Part shown: positions 59,781 to 64,000 of the stretch, piece after piece | Layout of the letters: every line of letters starts with the position of its first letter | How positions within the stretch are numbered: the stretch's first letter is position 1 | Assembly (NCBI GenBank): GCA_964632435.1 | Contig: CAZWEJ010000001.1 | Span: forward strand, 1,052-65,051 | DNA: 64,000 nucleotides | DNA from: an uncultured Candidatus Saccharimonadales bacterium | GTDB lineage: Bacteria; Patescibacteriota; Saccharimonadia; UBA4664; SCTI01 | Direction of reading: 5' to 3' | Made by a program: the position numbers and the translations under genes | The notes under the pieces: model-generated | The model's database searches: none | Seen by the model: only the letters and a program-made list of their open reading frames with translations | Told to the model about the DNA's origin: nothing

Positions 59781-59809
59781 ATATTAACATAACTATCTTT
59801 ATCTGTCAA
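59781..59809 (-). promoter_or_regulatory. Sigma70 promoter of the orphan gene
   Basis: TTGACA (59809-04)-17 nt-TAATAT (59786-81) with extended TG. Confidence 0.75.
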
Positions 59810-59856
59810 CCACCTTACGTCTGGCCACTAAAACATAACCGCTATATAATAATTTT

Positions 59857-60846
59857 GTGAGCACTAGAAGATTACCGTGGAAAATTATACTCGCGGCACT
59901 TATTACTGTTGCGTTTGGGACAATCGCATTTGTTGAGTTTGAGCGTCTATCCTACCCAGACGCCTTCTACCATACGCTTCTGGTTATGCTTAGGCATTTC
60001 GGGTATGTTGAAGTCCATGATCCGATTGCAAGGTTCGTAAACGTTGCGCTCATACTCATCAGCTTTGTTCTCATAGGTTATTTGATTAAGTGGTTTGCAG
60101 AATATATCATTGGTGTAAGTGATTCGGTGCGAAAAAAAAGATTGGAAGCAAAAGTTAGCAAAATGAAACATCATTATATTGTCTGCGGTCTCGGTCGAGT
60201 CGGTAGTCAGGTCGCTCGTGAAATGAAGATGGAAGACGTCGAGTTTGTGGGTGTAGATCGGGACGATAATAAGGTTCAAGAAGCTATTGCCGCTGGTTAT
60301 ACTGCATTCCAGGGTGATAGCTCGGCCGAAGAGGTTCTCAAGTCGGCTGGTATTGATCATGCTGCAGGTTTGGTTGCAAGTCTTGGAGACGATTCAGCTA
60401 ATCTGCTGGTAGTTCTAGCAGCTCGCGCCATCAACCCCGATTTATACATAGTGGCGAGAGCTAATCGTGCAGAAAATGAAGTCAAGCTCAAGCGCGCGGG
60501 TGCAGATAGAGTGGCGCTACCTTACCAGATAGGTGGTTATCATATGGCTTCAATGGCCCTCAGGCCAAGTGTGGTTGATTATATGGATGTCGTTAGCAGC
60601 TCAGGCCAAGCTACAGACCTACAGGTTGAGGAGATGGTCGTGCACGAACACTCCAAGCTTGCTGGTCATAGATTGGGTAAAGCTCTCACCGAGGGAGCCG
60701 TGGGGGCAACAGTCATAGCGATCAATGGCTCTGATGGCAGTAGCCGAGTAAGACCTACGGGAAATGAAGTTATCTACCCCGGGGACAGGTTAATAGTCCT
60801 CGGTCGTAAAAATGACCTAACACGGGCATCCGAACTGGTTCAATGA
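59857..60846 (+). CDS. Potassium-channel-like protein with RCK (TrkA_N/TrkA_C) domains
   Basis: 2 TM + pore region; HYIVCGLGRVG Rossmann motif; KLKRAGAD; TrkA_C. Confidence 0.88.
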   Translation: MSTRRLPWKIILAALITVAFGTIAFVEFERLSYPDAFYHTLLVMLRHFGYVEVHDPIARFVNVALILISFVLIGYLIKWFAEYIIGVSDSVRKKRLEAKVSKMKHHYIVCGLGRVGSQVAREMKMEDVEFVGVDRDDNKVQEAIAAGYTAFQGDSSAEEVLKSAGIDHAAGLVASLGDDSANLLVVLAARAINPDLYIVARANRAENEVKLKRAGADRVALPYQIGGYHMASMALRPSVVDYMDVVSSSGQATDLQVEEMVVHEHSKLAGHRLGKALTEGAVGATVIAINGSDGSSRVRPTGNEVIYPGDRLIVLGRKNDLTRASELVQ

Positions 60847-61730
60847 GTCGAAAAGTAATAATTCCAGATTCAGCCGCCGGTGAGCGGCTCGATGTTGTTT
60901 TGGCTAAAATTACCGGCCAAAGTCGAAGCTCGTTGCAGAAGCTATTCAAAGAGGGGAAAATTACCATTGATGGACAAACTGCTTCGGCTAAACAGACAGC
61001 AGTGGAAAGTCAGCAAGTTGAAATTAGCAATTTAGAAGTTGATGAGATGCCACCAGCGCCGAGTTTAGAAGTTTTATACGAAGATGACGATTTGATGGTG
61101 GTTGAAAAGCCTTCAGGGCTTGCTGTGCACTTGAGTGAATCAGGGAGACCTCAACCAACCGTAGCTGCTTTTGCAAAGGAATATGGGGTGGTAGATGAAG
61201 ATGATGACCGCCCTGGAATAGTCCATAGGCTAGATAAAGACACTAGTGGCTTGCTTGTGATCGCTAAGAACCCTGCATCGAAGGACTTTTTACAGCAGCA
61301 ATTTAAGGATCGTAACGTAGATAAGACCTATATTGCATTGGTTAGGGGACACATGCCAGAGGATGAAGCTACAATCAATTTGCCTATTGAGCGCGATCGC
61401 AAACGTCCTACAAGACGCGCAGTTATCCCTGGAGGAAGGGGCTCAGTCACACACTATAAGGTAATTGAGCAGCTCGACGGGTATAGTCTGCTCGAAATAA
61501 AACTCGAAACAGGCCGCACCCATCAGATAAGGGTTCATTTTTCTCACCTGGGACATCCAGTTGCAGGGGATGATCTTTATGGAGGCCCAGCAATAAAGGG
61601 ATTGAAAGGGCAGTTCTTACATGCGGCAAAGATTTCTTTTACTTCGCCTTCGGGAGAAAGGGTTGAAGTTGAAAGTGAGCTTCCAGCTGACCTAAAAAAT
61701 ACTCTGGAAAGTCTTCGCAAGGAGGTATAA
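60843..61730 (+). CDS. rluD: RluA/RluD family 23S rRNA pseudouridine synthase
   Basis: S4 domain, PGIVHRLDKDTSGL, TGRTHQIRVH. Confidence 0.92.
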   Translation: MSRKVIIPDSAAGERLDVVLAKITGQSRSSLQKLFKEGKITIDGQTASAKQTAVESQQVEISNLEVDEMPPAPSLEVLYEDDDLMVVEKPSGLAVHLSESGRPQPTVAAFAKEYGVVDEDDDRPGIVHRLDKDTSGLLVIAKNPASKDFLQQQFKDRNVDKTYIALVRGHMPEDEATINLPIERDRKRPTRRAVIPGGRGSVTHYKVIEQLDGYSLLEIKLETGRTHQIRVHFSHLGHPVAGDDLYGGPAIKGLKGQFLHAAKISFTSPSGERVEVESELPADLKNTLESLRKEV

Positions 61731-61737
61731 TAGCGCT

Positions 61738-62604
61738 ATGAAGCTGTTACTACACAAAAGCACGCAGCGGCATATTGACGGAATTATAGCGAACCCAGGT
61801 GGTTCGTTTCTGTTTCATGGGCCATCAAACATGGGTAAAACCTTGGCTGCGCTTGAAGTGGCCCGGCAGTTAAACTGCGATAATTGCGCTGACGAAAGTT
61901 GTAAGTCTTGTTTAATGCTAAAGGCTGGTATGCACCCAGACATTGAGCTAATGGGTCAGGATGACAAGAACAAGATCGGTATTGAAGCGGTCCAAAATTT
62001 GATAAAGAAACTGAAGTACTCTGCTTACGATCCATCAAGTCATAGAGTAGTGATCATCGATAACGCAGAAACGCTGACGCTGCCCGCTCAGAATGCTCTG
62101 CTCAAGGTTCTTGAGGAGCCTCCTGTATCTACTACATTCATTCTGACAGCCGTTAGCCCTGTTAGTATTCTAGAAACTATTGTTTCGAGATGTCAGCCAG
62201 TGTATTTTGGACCTTTATCAACTGATGAGCTATTGAGTCTAGATGGCCTGAAAAGCCTTCCAAGAGATGATGCAGAAAAGATAATCGAAGCCGGTGCCCA
62301 CAAGCCAGGTGAGATTATTTCGAATCTTAAAAATGAAGAGACTGGTGACAGTTTGGATCTAGCTGAACATATGATCACTTCTAATGACCTTTTTTCAAAG
62401 TTGAAAATATCTGCAACGGTCGCGAAGCACCCAGAAAAGATCTGGCGATTTGTAGATGTTCTGGAGTCGCTTGCTAAAAAACGTGCTCGAAAGGGAGATA
62501 ACCCGGCAAGCATTATTGCAGTTGATCGATTAAGAAGACGACTTTCAACTAATATTAATCCCAAATCGGCTTTAGAGGCTTTCGCGGTGGAGACAGCATG
62601 CTAG
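61738..62604 (+). CDS. holB: DNA polymerase III delta' subunit
   Basis: LFHGPSNMGK, C4 Zn motif, HPD, AQNALLKVLEEPP, TIVSRC. Confidence 0.9.
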   Translation: MKLLLHKSTQRHIDGIIANPGGSFLFHGPSNMGKTLAALEVARQLNCDNCADESCKSCLMLKAGMHPDIELMGQDDKNKIGIEAVQNLIKKLKYSAYDPSSHRVVIIDNAETLTLPAQNALLKVLEEPPVSTTFILTAVSPVSILETIVSRCQPVYFGPLSTDELLSLDGLKSLPRDDAEKIIEAGAHKPGEIISNLKNEETGDSLDLAEHMITSNDLFSKLKISATVAKHPEKIWRFVDVLESLAKKRARKGDNPASIIAVDRLRRRLSTNINPKSALEAFAVETAC

Positions 62605-63263
62605 GTGTATTATTCCTAGCCGGAGTAAGCTTTTATCTTTATCGGTTGCTTGGTGGGGCTCCAAACCTTCATCTTAAGAGTAGTAAATCAGGAGCGGGCG
62701 CTGTAACTGGTACAGCCAAAATTGCTGAATTAACAGAATATGCGTCAAGATTAAGGGCTGCCAATAAATATACAAGTGCTGAAAAAGTATATCTTCAGAT
62801 TCTGAAAATAGACCATAAGCATGTATCTACCTATAGCCGGTTAGGAACTCTATATTCGGCCATGAAAAATTATGGTGATGCCATTGAATGTTTCCAGATG
62901 ACAACACAGCTTAAACCATCTGGTACGACATTTTATAACTTAGGTCTCGCATACTTTGAGAACAGAAATTATATTAAGGCGGTTGCCGCTTTCGAGAAAT
63001 CTATCATGTTCGAGCCCACCGTTCAGCGCTACATTGGCTTAGCAAAGGCTTATAAGAAAATTGGTGACAATACCAAAATGATTGGAGCTCTTGAGCAAGC
63101 TATAGTAATTGAGCCTTCAACAAAGGTTCTTTGGGTTTTGGCAGATGCTTATGATTCAATCGGCAAGAAACATGAGGCATCGGCAGTTAAGCAGCGAATT
63201 GCTCAACTCGACCCCAGAGATGAGAGGCTGCGAAAGCAAAAAATACCAGCAAAGGCTATTTGA
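62598..63263 (+). CDS. Membrane-anchored TPR protein
   Basis: TPR pattern YSRLG.LY...AIECF; FYNLG.AYF...AVAAFEKSI. Confidence 0.85.
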   Translation: MLGVLFLAGVSFYLYRLLGGAPNLHLKSSKSGAGAVTGTAKIAELTEYASRLRAANKYTSAEKVYLQILKIDHKHVSTYSRLGTLYSAMKNYGDAIECFQMTTQLKPSGTTFYNLGLAYFENRNYIKAVAAFEKSIMFEPTVQRYIGLAKAYKKIGDNTKMIGALEQAIVIEPSTKVLWVLADAYDSIGKKHEASAVKQRIAQLDPRDERLRKQKIPAKAI

Positions 63264-63318
63264 TATAACGGGTTAAAAGTGCTATGCTACTTGGGTTGAA
63301 ATCGGCCGAGAGCAGCCT

Positions 63319-63393
63319 GCCGACGTAGCTCAATGGCAGAGCAACAGTTTTGTAAACTGTAGGTTGCGGGTTCAATTCCTGTCGTCGGCTCCA
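63319..63393 (+). tRNA. tRNA-Thr(TGT)
   Basis: GCCGACG/CGTCGGC acceptor, ACAGT-TT-TGT-AA-ACTGT, CCA. Confidence 0.96.
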
Positions 63394-63402
63394 TTAAAAC
63401 CT

Positions 63403-63489
63403 GCCGGGTTACCCAAGCGGCCAACGGGGGCAGACTGTAAATCTGCTGGCGATATGCCTTCGGGAGTTCGAATCTCTCACCCGGCACCA
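63403..63489 (+). tRNA. tRNA-Tyr(GTA)
   Basis: GCCGGGT/ACCCGGC acceptor, GCAGA-CT-GTA-AA-TCTGC, long variable arm, CCA. Confidence 0.96.
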
Positions 63490-63492
63490 TTT

Positions 63493-63567
<75 letters not shown>

Positions 63568-63584
63568 TTTAGAAAGGAATAATT

Positions 63585-63788
63585 ATGGCAACATCTAAAA
63601 AACTCACTTTAGGAACAGATAAGAAGCTATCCGGTGTATGTGCTGGTTTAGCCGAGTATTTTGATTTTGATGTGACAATCGTTCGTCTCGCAATGCTGTT
63701 TTTCATTTTAGTTACAGGTATTTTCCCGGGACTAGTCTTCTACATCATTGCAGCGATCGTTATGCCAGAGAAGAAGGAAAGTAAGTAA
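63585..63788 (+). CDS. PspC domain protein
   Basis: [21 protein letters not shown]...YIIAAIVMP. Confidence 0.92.
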   Translation: MATSKKLTLGTDKKLSGVCAGLAEYFDFDVTIVRLAMLFFILVTGIFPGLVFYIIAAIVMPEKKESK

Positions 63789-63949
63789 TGCCTAAGCGTA
63801 ACAGACCATATTTCGCTTTGGAGTGTACCGAGTGTCACAACCGAAACTACACTACAAACAAGAATCCAAAGAATACTACAGACCGTCTTGAGCTAAAGAA
63901 GTTTTGCCGACACGACGGCAAAGTTACTGTACATCGCGAAACCAAGTAA
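63788..63949 (+). CDS. rpmG: 50S ribosomal protein L33 (not in ORF track)
   Basis: [53 protein letters not shown]. Confidence 0.96.
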   Translation: MPKRNRPYFALECTECHNRNYTTNKNPKNTTDRLELKKFCRHDGKVTVHRETK

Positions 63950-64000
63950 GATTGTTTGATACAATTATGTTCAGACCCTGATTCCATTCGGATTCAGGCT

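Noticed and set aside
63950-64000. Hairpin CCTGA...TCAGG at the window end after a TG-A-TACAAT -10
   Set aside because: It is truncated by the window edge and cannot be assigned.

Overview
This is a core chromosomal region of a Patescibacteria (CPR) bacterium, probably Saccharimonadia-like. Evidence: genetic code 11, no rpmD (L30) between rpsE and rplO, and typical CPR hypothetical proteins. It carries gatB, dnaE, rplS-rnhB-yraN, pepF, nusA, clpC-radA-PIN/TRAM, a class A PBP, tyrS-recG-rsmD, tig-clpP, rpoBC, the str/S10/spc/alpha ribosomal clusters, rplM-rpsI, rluD-holB and four tRNAs. The main discovery is a set of six small, self-contained orphan transcription units inserted between housekeeping genes (10.8, 11.3, 21.2, 26.4, 39.7 and 58.2-59.8 kb). 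Several are clearly GC-richer than the backbone. Each has its own promoter, SD and terminator, and its 5' UTR or SD is complementary to its own 3' end (strong in three units, weak in three). The largest encodes a 3-repeat helical protein with basic tails, followed by a pseudoknotted 3' RNA. Other notable items: an EF-G with altered G4 (NKIN) and G5 motifs; a prfB-like candidate +1 frameshift at the end of the PBP gene; CIRCE boxes at clpC and clpP; a shared palindrome over the rpoB and rplC promoters; structured leaders; many apparently leaderless genes; and an unannotated Cys/His-rich microprotein. All calls are by eye, and no database searches were run.
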